64,000 nt of DNA, from NCBI GenBank assembly GCA_951406725.2, contig OX597814.1:28582001-28646000 (forward strand). The letters are read 5' to 3'. Both the position numbers and the translations under genes were made by a program. Position 1 is the stretch's first letter; each line of letters opens with the position of its first letter. Origin of the DNA: Octopus vulgaris (taxonomy: Eukaryota). Under the pieces are notes generated by a model. It saw only the letters and a program-made list of their open reading frames with translations, was not told the DNA's origin and did no database searches. Shown in pieces: positions 25,157 through 36,818 of this stretch.

Positions 25157-25601
25157 GATTGATTTTGATTTTTGATTTTTCAGTTTCAGTCATAAAGTAT
25201 TTAGGTTGTTTCTCACGAATGCGCCTTTGGTGTGCGATATAACTGCACCCTGTCATTGAAGTTGTTCATCAGGACATGACAGGAAGTCCTATAAGACATT
25301 ATTTCTCAGGTCTATCGGGGTGTGGCAGGCTATCACAGTGCTATTTTGGGTCCTGAGCAGTGGCATATTTCTGTGTGATCTCAGTATTAAAGTCCTTCAG
25401 GGAGCTCTATATTATATGTCAAATAGGATTTTTCTCTTGATGCTCCCATGTAATATGCCGGAAGTCTTCTGCCATGTAGCTCGATCGCCTAAAGTTCTGT
25501 GCTCAACTTGACACTTGCTTGGCTGCGCTGAAAAATGTCAAAGAGTATGACAGGTCTTCTGAGAAGCTTCCTTCTCTTGTTCCTATAAGAATCCCCGCAT
25601 A
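25157..25601 (-). other. Deletion-riddled inverted copy of the LINE at 17977-18680
   Basis: Collinear blocks (ggattctta, gaacaagagaa, agtgtcaagttga.cacagaactt.aggcgatcga, actgtgatagcctg, gcattcgtgag, aaatcaaaaatcaaaatcaatca) with the same ends. Confidence 0.85.
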
Positions 25602-25809
25602 TAAAGTATATATATATATATATGAAAGTATATATCTATGTATATGCATATATATGTATGTTATATATATGTATATATATATATATTTTTTTGCCCTTAT
25701 TTTTGCGTTTTCTTGTTTATTAATAATATATATATATATATATATATTACGATAGACGTATACGTACAACTTAGGCAGGGTGGTACATTTTGTGCCGGAT
25801 CGGAACTGA

Positions 25810-25859
<50 letters not shown>

Positions 25860-26233
25860 ATATATATTCTTTACACAGACTTTACATACTTTCATGCATT
25901 CATGCATTCATTTATCCATCCTGCACACGTACAAAAATAAAAGTACCAGTCATATACGGTGGTCAATTTCATCGGCTGCATCCTCCTCTCAAATTTGTGG
26001 TATTGTGAAAAGCATAGATGTACGTGTGCACGTGTGTGATGATATGAGTGCGAGTTTGTGTATTTGTGTGAGTATGTTATTATGTACACGTATTTACATG
26101 TATGTATGTATGTATGTATGTATGTATGTATGTATGTATGTATGTATGTATGTATGTATGTATGTATGCATGTGTGCATGTAATTGTAGCTCTTCACGCA
26201 CACACACACACACGTGTATTCATCTACACATAC

Positions 26234-26304
26234 ATGTTTAATGCAAGATATTTAAAAGAAAAGCTAAAGGAATTTACACATAGATATACAGACATATGTC
26301 TGTA

Positions 26305-26342
<38 letters not shown>

Positions 26343-26408
26343 TACGCACATATGTCTGTATATCTATGTGTAAATTCCTTTAGCTTTTCTTTTAAATATC
26401 TTGCATTA

Positions 26409-26413
<5 letters not shown>
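26234..26413. repeat. 180-bp near-perfect palindrome centred on (TA)n
   Basis: atgtttaatgcaagatatttaaaag...(ta)n...cttttaaatatcttgcattaaacat; one 2-nt mismatch. Confidence 0.95.
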
Positions 26414-26457
<44 letters not shown>

Positions 26458-26488
26458 CTATGTATGTATGTATATATGTATGTATATG

Positions 26489-26560
<72 letters not shown>

Positions 26561-27290
26561 TGTATGTATGTATGTATGTATTTCATGTGTGTGCGTATGT
26601 GTTTAGAAGCGTTCTTTAAGTGTGTTGACGTGTGTAATTATATCTTGTCACATGACGCGACTCGGATTCACTCATTTGCTCTGTTTCACTCAATTGCTTC
26701 CTACCACCGTCTAAGTTCAAAACAATCAGCGGTCTCAGCACTTTGCATCAATTCCTGATGGAGCAACACATCCGATCTCGCTGTCACTCAAGAGATAACC
26801 CACTCTTACTCTCTCATTTATTTCATGTTATTTTTTTTTTTTTACAAATCTATCCCCCCAACGACATCTCTGCTCATTGCGTTTTGTCTTTGTTTTTTTT
26901 TTATTATGTTTTGTTTTTTTTCTTCTTCTTTTGTCAAATCTCTATACACACCTTATTTATTTTTTATCTTTTGTTTTGTGTAAGCAGGAGATTTTTAAAA
27001 AAAATATATAATAAAACAGCAAAGAGAGATGGTGTGAAATTTTAGAAGAAATTGTTGTTCGTTTTAAAGTGGCGAGACATTACATTAAGCAGTCAGCGAT
27101 TACTGTTATCAAGCTTATTCTTCAGCTTATGGAGGTGAAGGAAAAAAAAAAGCCGAAAGAAAACGAAAGGAAAAGAAAAACACGAGTCGTTCTATAAACA
27201 AATATGAGTCGCTAATTTATTTAAAAGTAAACGAGATTTTGTAAGCATGTCTTGACATAATAGCGCTATATTTACATTGATAAATGGGTG

Positions 27291-27850
27291 GATTGCTAGG
27301 CCTGATGTAACAGAGGATAAATTGCCTTGCAGAATTTAGTACCGGATCTTTACGTTGTGAGTTCAAATCCTGCCCAGGTTAGCTTTGCCTTTCATTTCAA
27401 AATAAAGGTTTCAAATTTTGACGTAGGATCAGCAGTTTTGGAGGGTAGCGGGAAGTCGATTACACCGACCCCGAAATGATTGATTGGTAGGCCTGAACAG
27501 AGGATAAATTGCCTTGTAGAATTTAGTACCGGATCTTTACGTTGTGAGTTCAAATCCTGCCCAGGTTATCTTTGCCTTTCATTTCAAAATAAAGGTTTCA
27601 AATTTTGACGTAGGATCAGCAGCTTTGGAAGGGAGCGGGAAGTCGATTACACCGACCCCGAAAGGATGGATTGGTAGGCCTGAACAGAGGATAAATTGCC
27701 TTGCAGAATTTAGTACCGGATCTTTACGTTGGGAGTTCAAATCCTGCCCAGGTTAGCTTTGTCTTTCATTTCAAAATAACAGTTTCAAATTTTGACGCAG
27801 GATCAGTAGTTTTGGAGGGGAGCGGGAAGTCGATTACACCAACCCCGAAA
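27291..27850. repeat. Tandem repeat, about 188 bp x3, made of fused plus- and minus-strand SINE C fragments
   Basis: Units start gattg(c/g)taggcctga at 27291, 27482 and 27669. Confidence 0.92.
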
Positions 27851-28103
27851 GGATAAAAAGCAACGTCGGCGTCGGCGGAATTTGAACTCAGAAAGTTGTG
27901 ACGCACGAAATGTTGTTAAGAATTTTGCCTGGCGTGTCTATAAAGTTTTCTTAGTTCGCCCTCTTCTTCCATCCCAAAATACAGTAATACTTTCTGCGTT
28001 CAAATCCTATCAATGTTGACTTCACTTATCCTTCCGGAGTTGGTACGTTCAATACAAGTCATGTACCGAAAAGATATAATCGGATGATGGAGTTATTTAA
28101 ACT

Positions 28104-28426
28104 GGCACACCGTCGTTAACGACGAGGAGTGTCCCAGTTAATCCGATCAACCGAACAGCCAGCTCGTGAAATTAACATGCAAGTGGCTGAACATTCCGCA
28201 GACACGCGTTCTCTTAACGTAATTCTCAGGGAGATTCACACTGACACAAAATGTGACAAGGCTGGCTCTTTGAAATACAGGTACAACTCATTTTTGCCAG
28301 CTGAGTGGGCTGGAGCAACGTGAAATAAAATGTCTTGGTCAAGGACACACTGCGCCGCAGAGACTCGAACTCGAGAGCTTCCGATCGCCAGCCGAATACT
28401 CTAACCATTAAGCTACGCGCCCTCAC
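28104..28426 (-). mobile_element. SINE with alternative head/core and family B tail type 1
   Basis: Head plus gtgtccttga..cacgttgctccag.ccactcagctggcaaaaatgagt (as in 41716), joined to tgtacctgtatttcaaag...cgtcgttaacgacgg. Confidence 0.8.
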
Positions 28427-28994
28427 CGAAGGTGTTATAGAATCAGTTTAGTGTCAGGCAAAATGCTCTGTGGTATTCAGTTATGGCTCTTAAATACTGT
28501 GAGTTGAAGACTCGCTGAGGCCAATTTAACCATTTACTTTTCCAGTGGTAGGGGAGACGAGGTCGATAATATAAAATACCAGTCATGTCCTAGGGTTCGA
28601 TATGATATTCCTATAAATCATCCCATGTGTGAATGAAATTTTAATAGATAAATAGATAAATAGACAAATACGATTCCTTCCCGCCAAATTTGCAACTCTG
28701 TGTTTAAATCAGAAACGAATACTTAGATTGATAAAATGTATCTTATTCTCATTATCTTAGTCCTATGGTTGACAGATAGAATGTCGGACAAAGTGTCTTG
28801 TATTATTTGCTCCGGCTGTATACGTTCTGGGAGCAAATCCAACCGAAGTGAACTTTACTTTTCATTCTTTCAGGGTTAATAATATAAAACACCCCTCAAG
28901 TCGATAGTATCCTACAATTTCAAGTTAGAAACAATATACATTATGTTAATTAGCTTGGTGTAAACCTTTTTGTTAGACGACCATCCTTTATATA

Positions 28995-29291
28995 TCTTTA
29001 TATATAAAAGTCAAGTTGTGTGTCTGTCTCCTACAATTTAGATTCCTAACTACTCCCACATTTTGCGGTGCAGTTTAACCAAATTCGGGTATCTTATAGT
29101 CGTGATTCATATCGAGCCCTTCTGGGTATTAGCGCGCGTCTACGATGAATCTCCGATTTAAAAAAGAAATTACCATAATTTTTTTTCCATTTTTAATGCA
29201 TTTTTTTGCTATTTTTTGGCTATAACTCTCTAAAAATGCTTATATAGTTATTTCCCTTACAAACCCGAGCAACGCCGGGCGATACTGCTAG
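28995..29291 (+). mobile_element. Non-autonomous Helitron-like element (short form)
   Basis: A|TCTTTATATATAAAA ... cccgagcaacgccgggcgatactgCTAG|T. Confidence 0.85.
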
Positions 29292-29328
29292 TAACATAAC
29301 ATAACATAATATAATATAATATAATATA

Positions 29329-29364
<36 letters not shown>

Positions 29365-29368
<4 letters not shown>

Positions 29369-29645
29369 AGGCACATGGCCTAGTGGTTAGAGCAGTAGAC
29401 TCGCGGTCGAGGGATCGCGGGTTCGAATCTCAGATCGGGCGATGTGTGTGTTTATGAGCGAAACACCTAAGCTTCATGCGCCTCCGGCAGAAGGTAATGA
29501 CGCACTTCTGCTGACTCTTTCGCCACAATTTTCTCTCATTCTTTCCTCCTGCATCTTGCACCTCACCTGCGACGGACCGGCGTCCCGTCCAGGTGGGGAA
29601 CCTATACACCAAGGAAACCGGGAAACCGGCCCTTATGAGTCAGGT
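29365..29645 (+). mobile_element. SINE family B head with tail type 3 (V-SINE-like block)
   Basis: B head, then cctgcgacggaccggcgtcccgtccag..gaaaccgggaaaccggccc. Confidence 0.82.
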
Positions 29646-30585
29646 TTGAGGCCATTGAAGTGTAATGGACGACAAAGAAGAAAAGAAAGGAAGCACTGAA
29701 TATCATAGACGACGGTAGTGAGTTCCAGAGAGAAGCAGTTCGAGAAAAATACCTATTAGAATAAAAGGACTTATAAATAATAGAAAGCTCAAAAGAGAAA
29801 CGATGCGTCCGGAAAGAGAAGCGGGTGATAAGGCTTTGACAGAAAGTACTAGAATAGAGAGCAGTAACTATAGAAATACTTGTACAAAAAATACGAAATT
29901 TTTATTATATTTTTAGAATCAAATATTTTGTATATTTTCTGTTTTTAAGACAGCGGGAGAAACTATAGATCACGGCTGTTAACAGATGCTGAGAAAACAT
30001 GGAATAACATGTGGCTGATCCAGAACCTTGGAGACGACCTGTCACTTGGTGTGCAAACATGCGTGGGATGAAGGTCATGAGGGAAGCCTGGCTACTAATT
30101 CTGGCAGATGGTGCAACCAGGCAGAAGGTTTCTCGTTAGTCGCATTACAAGCATCATTAGCTACAAACAGGAGATATGCATGCCATCAGTAAATGGGGAG
30201 GAACAAAATTTGTGATGCTCAAACTAAATCTCCGTTGTAGCCCCTCTAAAATCAACAGGCATATACGTGAAAGTTGTAAGAATCGACGAGAAATCTGATA
30301 AATCGGTGCGTTCGAACAAATTCCCTTGCGATATTTGTTGCGCTCAAGTTGTGCAGTGTCTACCTTGTCACTCTCACCACCGTAAACACATTGAATGAGT
30401 GACTGTCCTATGTAAACCTGCAACAGACAATGTTACTGAATCACAACATCCAAAAAAGTAAATAGGGCATCGCCTACAAGCCTGTGTCCGCGGCACACAT
30501 TTCTATTCTGAATCCATTTCCTTTCAACGAAATTACGTCTGCTACTTCCTGTTTCTGCTTTTCAAGAATTCAACAGAGCCTAATA

Positions 30586-31000
30586 CCTATTTCTTTATTA
30601 CCCACAAGGGGCTAAACACAGAGAGGACAAACGAGGAAAGACATAGGTATTAAGTCGATTACATCGACCCCAGTGCGTAACTGGTACTTAATTTATCGAT
30701 CCCGAAAGGATGAAAGGCAAAGTTGACCTCGGCGGAATTTGAACTCAAAACGTAAAGACAGACGAAATACCTATTTCTTTATTACCCACAAGGGGCTAAA
30801 CATAGAGGGGACAAACAAGGACAGACATAGGTATTAAGTCGATTACATCGACCCAGTGCGTAACTGGTACTTAATTTATCGACCCCGAAAGGATGAAAGG
30901 CAAAGTCTACCTCGGCGGAATTTGAACTCAGAACGTAGCGGCAGACGAAATACTCCTATGCATTTCGCCCGGCGTTCTAACGTCTCTGCTAGCTCGCCGC
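30586..31000 (-). mobile_element. SINE family C dimer with 17-bp TSD
   Basis: TSD caacagagcctaatacc at 30571-30587 and 31001-31017. Confidence 0.93.
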
Positions 31001-31625
31001 CAACAGAGCCTAATACCAATTATCAATTATTTTTGATGACAAAATATCTGGCAATAGGTCGGAATAAGCTACTAGTGAGCTGCATCTACCACTTGATTTC
31101 GATTCTCGTTACCATTTATTTCATTTCACTTACTTACGTCGATGCCGTTAGACCTTATCACTCTTTAATGAATTAAAGAAACTTTAAACAGTCGTTCGAC
31201 TTGCAAAAAAAAAAAAACAAAATCTCACTCATGTATACCCTATAAAATGAGAAGTGATTTTTCCTTGATACACTAGACTTGAAAAGGGGATTGGATGTGT
31301 TTGATTATTAATTCATTAAACGTTGTGCTAATGTTAAACAACACCAACATCAGCAACAATTTGATGATGATGATGATTATCTCATATCTGATTATCAAAA
31401 TTCACGTAACTGCGATTACTACAATTACTTGAACGAAATAAAATACTGGTGTCTTTATCTCGAGGTACATTAGTCATATATTTTGAAGTGAAATTGGATT
31501 GTGCGTCTTTCATTCCTATCCCAATGACATCTGAAAATGAAAAATGAATCGTCATCCAGTGAGAATCGAAACCGTACCGCAATTTCTTAGAGCTTACTTC
31601 TTGTTATTGAAATCTTATTACAAAT

Positions 31626-31815
31626 CTAATATATAAAATCCGTTCTGTCTGTCTTTTAAGATCTCGGGCATCTTCCATCCGAATGCGATCAAATTTGATA
31701 TGTAGATACCGACGGTATTAGGGCGTGTATAAGTTATTTCTTTATTTTAGGGCGTGTATAAGTCTTGAAAAAAATCACAAAAATCGATTCCAGGTGAGAA
31801 TGCGATCGATAAAGC
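31626..31815 (+). mobile_element. Helitron-like 5' end fragment
   Basis: a|tctaatatataaaa..ctgtctgtc..ccgaatgcgatcaaatttg resembles the other Helitron 5' ends; no 3' end seen. Confidence 0.5.
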
Positions 31816-32265
31816 ATTCTTTGGAATAGAAAAAAGTCTATCTTTATTTCTTCTTTTGCAGGTGTCTCAAATTTAGGATAAATCAGTGTCTCTCAAAGGG
31901 GAGGCCTATGGGACGGTCGGACAAGTTGTTTTGAGAAAATTTGGTTTAAATGTTTGACAACTCAGCACCGTCCATTGGACGGAGGGGCATTTCGCTCGTG
32001 TAGACATAATATCGGTTGATGATGAGCAAGTATAATTAGGTTAAATCTGCTGTTCATCAATTCAAGCGTCCGTGGAAATGCTTCATACTTGCAAATTTGC
32101 AATCTTCAGTAAAATACATATATTTCTCTCAATGTTACCCACATTAATAGAGATAGAGTTAAAGGAATAACAGATTTCCCAACAGCACATTCTAGCCTGA
32201 AGTTCAGAAGTTTTGTTTTTATGTTTCTGTAACAATATTTCATTATTGCATGAATATACTCCACT

Positions 32266-32495
32266 GGCGGCGAGCTGGCAGAAACGTTGGCACGCCGGGC
32301 GAAATGCGTAGCCATATTTCGTCTGCCGTTACGTTCTGGGTTCAAATTCCGCCGAGGTCGATTTTGCCTTTCATCCTTTCGGGGTCGATAAATTAAGTAC
32401 CAGTTACGCATTGGGGTTGATGTAATCGACTTAATCCGTTTGTCTGTCCTTGTTTGTCCCCTCTGTGTTTAGCCCCTTGTGGGTAGTAAAGAAAT
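32266..32495 (+). mobile_element. SINE family C monomer with TSD
   Basis: atatactccactggcggc on both sides; the last 6 nt overlap the SINE 5' end. Confidence 0.93.
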
Positions 32496-33427
32496 ATATA
32501 CTCCACTGGCGGCTTTAAGATTTATCATATCACTCTAGAAAAATAGGTCACATCTACAGAGCTGGTCTGGCGTGCAGCAAATGAGCTACATATCTCACAA
32601 TGGTAATATTTTAGCTCCAAGAAAGGGTTAATGCTACATAAGTTTTGGTTCTCGTTTACCATTTCTGGTCACACCACATTCGTCGATGGAACTTCTACGA
32701 GCTGATATAAGCAGCAGCTAAATCTCGCTCAACTTACATCACACAGTCTTTAAAACTAAAAGTACACTTTAGATAATGGAGTCTTAGACACTCTTAAAAA
32801 GTCGGGATTTTCACAGCTGGAGTTTCTTTGATGATGGAACTGTTCCGTTAGGGTTGTCCCGAAGTAAACAACAACAATGCCATATGTCATATAAATATGG
32901 TAAGTAGGAACAAGTAGTAGTTGTTGTTATTGTTGCTGCTCTTGTTGTTGTTGTTGTTGTTGTTGTTGTTACTGCTGTTAATGTTGTTGACGTAAACATG
33001 GTTGTTGCTCTAATGTTGTAACATTCGTCGCTGTGTTATTCATTTCTATATTCACTTACTACTATTTTATCCCTCAACAATCTACAGGGAGCGTTAGACA
33101 CTCGGCCTGCTAAAATAGCCGCCATATTTTCTCAGATTCTATTTCTACTGAATCAAAAGAGAAAAGAAATATTGGACAAAGTCCTAGATATAATAAAAAA
33201 AAAGAAGAGAAGAGACGGAATGGTCATGGATGGAATATCTGTCATCATTGGTCATATCAGTCAAAGAGAAACTAGGGTTGAACAACAAAAACAGCAACAG
33301 TCACCACTAATACTGATGCTACTACAACTTCCACCAAGATTACATCCATCACCACAACAGTTACCAATACAACGACCAATACAGTATCTAGCAATGCTGC
33401 ATTCGCCACTACAATAGTCAATCAATA

Positions 33428-34060
33428 TTGAGCTGGCAGCATCGTTTGCTTGCCGGGCAAAATGCTTAGCGGCATTTCGTCTCTCTTTACATTTTGAGCT
33501 CAAATTCTGCTGGGGTTGATTTTGCCTTTCATCCTTTCAAAGTCGATAAAATAGATACCAGCTGAACATTAGGGTCGATGTAATCAACTAAGCCGCTTCC
33601 CGAAATTTCTGGCCTTGTGCAAAATTTTGAAATCACAATTAATACAACCTTAGAGCGACGCGCTGGCAGAATCGTTAACACGCCGGGCGAAATGCGTAGC
33701 CGTATTTCGTCTGCCGTTACGTTCTGAGTTCAAATTCCGCCGAAGTTGACTTTGCCTTTCATCCTTTCGGGGTTGAGAAATTAAGTACCAGTTACGCACT
33801 GGGGTCAATACATTCGACTTAATCCGTTTGTCTGTCCTCTCTGTGTTTATCCCCTTGTGGTTAGTAAAGAAATAAGTATTTCGTCTGCCGGTATTTCGTT
33901 TAGAGTTCAAATTCCGCCGAGGTCGACTTTGCTTTTCATCCTTTCGGGTCGATTAAATAAGTACCAATTACGCACTGTGGGTCGATCTAACCGACTTAAT
34001 CCATTTGTTTGTCCTTGTTTGTCCCCTGTAAGTTTAGCTCCCTATGGGCAATAAAGAAAT
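33428..34060 (+). mobile_element. Cluster of SINE family C: old monomer (33428-33635) and dimer (33655-34060)
   Basis: gagctggcag..gttcaaattccgccgaggtcgactttgcctttcatcctttcggggt blocks. Confidence 0.88.
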
Positions 34061-34134
34061 CAATATTAATACAACCACCTCTACAAATCTCAGGGAGACA
34101 GTAAATAGAATATTAAGAAAACCAAAGATGGCTA

Positions 34135-35140
34135 GGATATATTCCTTTTGATCAGCAGATCGATAAATTATTTTTTTTTTAACCAAACACTTTGAAACTT
34201 CGGATACTGGTAGAATGTGTCATATGGGACATCTTTTACTCTTAGCGTTATTGAGAAAAGTTTCTATTTACGAAGTTATTTCGTGTTAAAGTTTTCGTAT
34301 TTGGGTAATTTCAACCAATCAATGACGTGTATTCAACTGAATAAAATTACTGCTGTTGTTTGTCAACAACAACTTCCGGTGATTTATATTTCGTTTGTCA
34401 CTGATATTTATGGCATTGTTCGTGCGTTTGTACTGGTTTTAGATTTAGGGTTTTAGGGTTAGGGTTAGGGTTTTAGGGTTAAGGTTAGGGTTTTAGGGTT
34501 AGGGTTTGGGGGTTAGGGTTAGAGTTGGGGTTTTAGGGTTAAGGTAACGAAAAAAGTGAAAAATGAAAAAAGTGGATGGGGGAGGGTGGGGGGGTCAAAA
34601 ATTTCAAAATTCCAATTTTTGTCAATTTTCCGGAATCCCTGTATCCGAAAAGCTGGGTTATTGGCACTAAATTAAAAAAAAACAAAAAACAATAATCTGC
34701 GAGAAAATGGGCGGAGGCAGGAGGAAGTCTTTCCGAAAATAGTTGCTGAAAAACAGGAATAAAAACCTAAAAGCAGTAGAAATGCACGAACGATTATGGT
34801 GGTGTCGTGAAGTAAACGTGCTTCAGATACACTCGTTTATTCATACGGACGTAAAAGAGATGAAATATGTCATAAATAAAAGTGACAAACGAAATATATA
34901 CCACCGGAAGTCGTTGACAAACAACAGCAGTAACTTTAGTCTGCACAATAGACGTCACTGATTGGTTGAAATTACCCCGACAACTTTAACACGAAATAAC
35001 TTCGAAAATAGAAACTTTTCTCAACAACGTTAAGAGTAAAAGATGTTCTATATGACACATTCTACCAGTATTCCGAAGCTTGAAAGTGTTTAGTTAAAAA
35101 AATTTAATTTATCTACCTGCCGATCAAAAGGAAATGATCC
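34135..35140. mobile_element. Non-autonomous DNA transposon (MITE) with about 280-bp TIRs, 8-bp TSD and internal TTAGGG array
   Basis: TIRs 34135-34416 and 34864-35140 (GGAT..TTCCTTTTGATC.GCAG); TSD gatggcta (34127-34134) / gattgcta (35141-35148). Confidence 0.9.
34440..34545 (+). repeat. Degenerate telomere-like (TTAGGG / TTTTAGGG)n array
   Basis: ttagggttttagggttagggttagggttttagggtt... Confidence 0.9.
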
Positions 35141-35173
35141 GATTGCTACAGTCGGCAAAATATGTACAAAATG

Positions 35174-35590
35174 CGCAGGTATGGTCGTATGGTTAAGAAG
35201 CTTGGTTAAACACCTGATTTAAGGATCAATCTTACTGTATCATCTTGAGCAAGTGACTCCTACTAGAGCTCCGGGCCAATTAATGCCTTGTGAGTGAATT
35301 TGGTAAATGGAAACACTGTGGAAGCCCGTCTTACACGTGTGAGTGTGTGTGTTGGGTGAGCGTGTATATGTGTGTGTGTGTCCCACCATTTCGCTGCTTG
35401 ACAACAGGTGTTGTGTTTGTTTGCTTGCGTCCCCATAGCATAGTGGTTCGGCAAAGGAGATCGAAAGAACAAGTAGTAGGCATAAAAAAGATGTACCCGG
35501 GCCAATCTTTTTCGACTGAACACTTCAGGCCGGTGCCCCAGTATGGTTCTGGTCCAATTACCGAAACAAGCAGAAAATAAAAGAATAAGG
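35174..35590 (+). mobile_element. Diverged SINE family A
   Basis: gcgcaggtatgg..tggttaagaag...gccttgtgagtg...cttgacaac...ggcggtgcccagtatgg-like tail. Confidence 0.8.
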
Positions 35591-35942
35591 CTAGAAAGAA
35601 GTGAAGTCCAAGAGTTCAGGGAGAACTGTTCGTCAGAGAGAAATGAAAAAGGTTTACAAGCTGTGGTGGATAAAAGGAAGGGAAGTAATAGGAGTGAGGA
35701 AAAAAATAACAGTAAGAAAATTAGAGAAGAGAAAGGGAGGTAACAAGGGGAGACAAATGCTAGTAGGGAGACAACGGTCAATACCAAGGGAAAATCAACG
35801 AGTAGGAAATTGACAAGGGCTTGGACTGCACGAAATTAACAGGAAATAAATAACATTTTTACTTGCAACCGAATATTTTAATGTGCATATTAATTTTGAG
35901 TCACACAACTCAATAGATTCGATAAAATATATCTGCTAATAT

Positions 35943-36205
35943 ACTCTTACTCTTTACTCTTATACTCTTTTACTTGTTTCAGCCATTTGACTGCGGCCAT
36001 GCTGGAGCACCGCCTTTAATCGAGCAACTCGACCCCGGGACTTATTCCTTTGTAAGCCCAGTACTTATTCTATCGGTCTCTTTTGCCGAACCGCTAAGTA
36101 ACGGGGACATAAACACACCAGCATCGGTTGTCAAGCAATGCTAGGGGGACAAACACAGACACACGAACACACACACGCATATATATATATATATATACAT
36201 ATATA
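35943..36205 (-). mobile_element. SINE family A 3' half
   Basis: Reverse complement of 36415-36657. Confidence 0.92.
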
Positions 36206-36252
36206 TCATGCAGGTTTTAAGAAAACTTTGAACTTTGAAATAATACACTCTG

Positions 36253-36657
36253 ACGCAGGAGTGGCTGTGCGGTAAGTAGCTTGTTTACCAACCACATGGT
36301 TCCGGGTTCAGTCCCACTGCATGGCACCTTGGGCAAGTGTCTTCTGCTATAGCCTCGGGTCGACTAAAGCCTTGTGAGTGGATTTGGTAGACGGAAACTG
36401 AAAGAAGCCCGTCGTATATATGTATATATATATATGTGTGTGTGTGTGTTTGTGTGTCCGTGTTTGTCCCCCTAGCATTGCTTGACAACCGATGCTGGTG
36501 TGTTTATGTCCCCGTCACTTAGCGGTTCGGCAAAACAGACCGATAGAATAAGTATTAGGCTTACAAAAGAATAAGTGCCGGGGTCGAGTTGCTCGATTAA
36601 AGGCGGTGCTCCAGCATGGCCGCAGTCAAATGACTGAAACAAGTAAAAGAGTAAAGA
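36253..36657 (+). mobile_element. SINE family A, full length
   Basis: Matches 15046-15455. Confidence 0.95.
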
Positions 36658-36761
36658 GAACTCAAATACACTAGTTACTTTTGGGGGATTTTGCAGACAT
36701 CTTACATCTATGATTATGGATACGTGCATTGCTACTATATATATATACACATACGTAAACG

Positions 36762-36800
<39 letters not shown>

Positions 36801-36818
36801 ATAAATATATATATATAT

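Noticed and set aside
26648-26657. E-box-like near-palindrome gtcacatgac as a regulatory site
   Set aside because: Single short motif with no supporting promoter evidence.
34440-34545. True telomere or chromosome fusion site
   Set aside because: Short, degenerate, single-orientation array enclosed within TIRs and a TSD.
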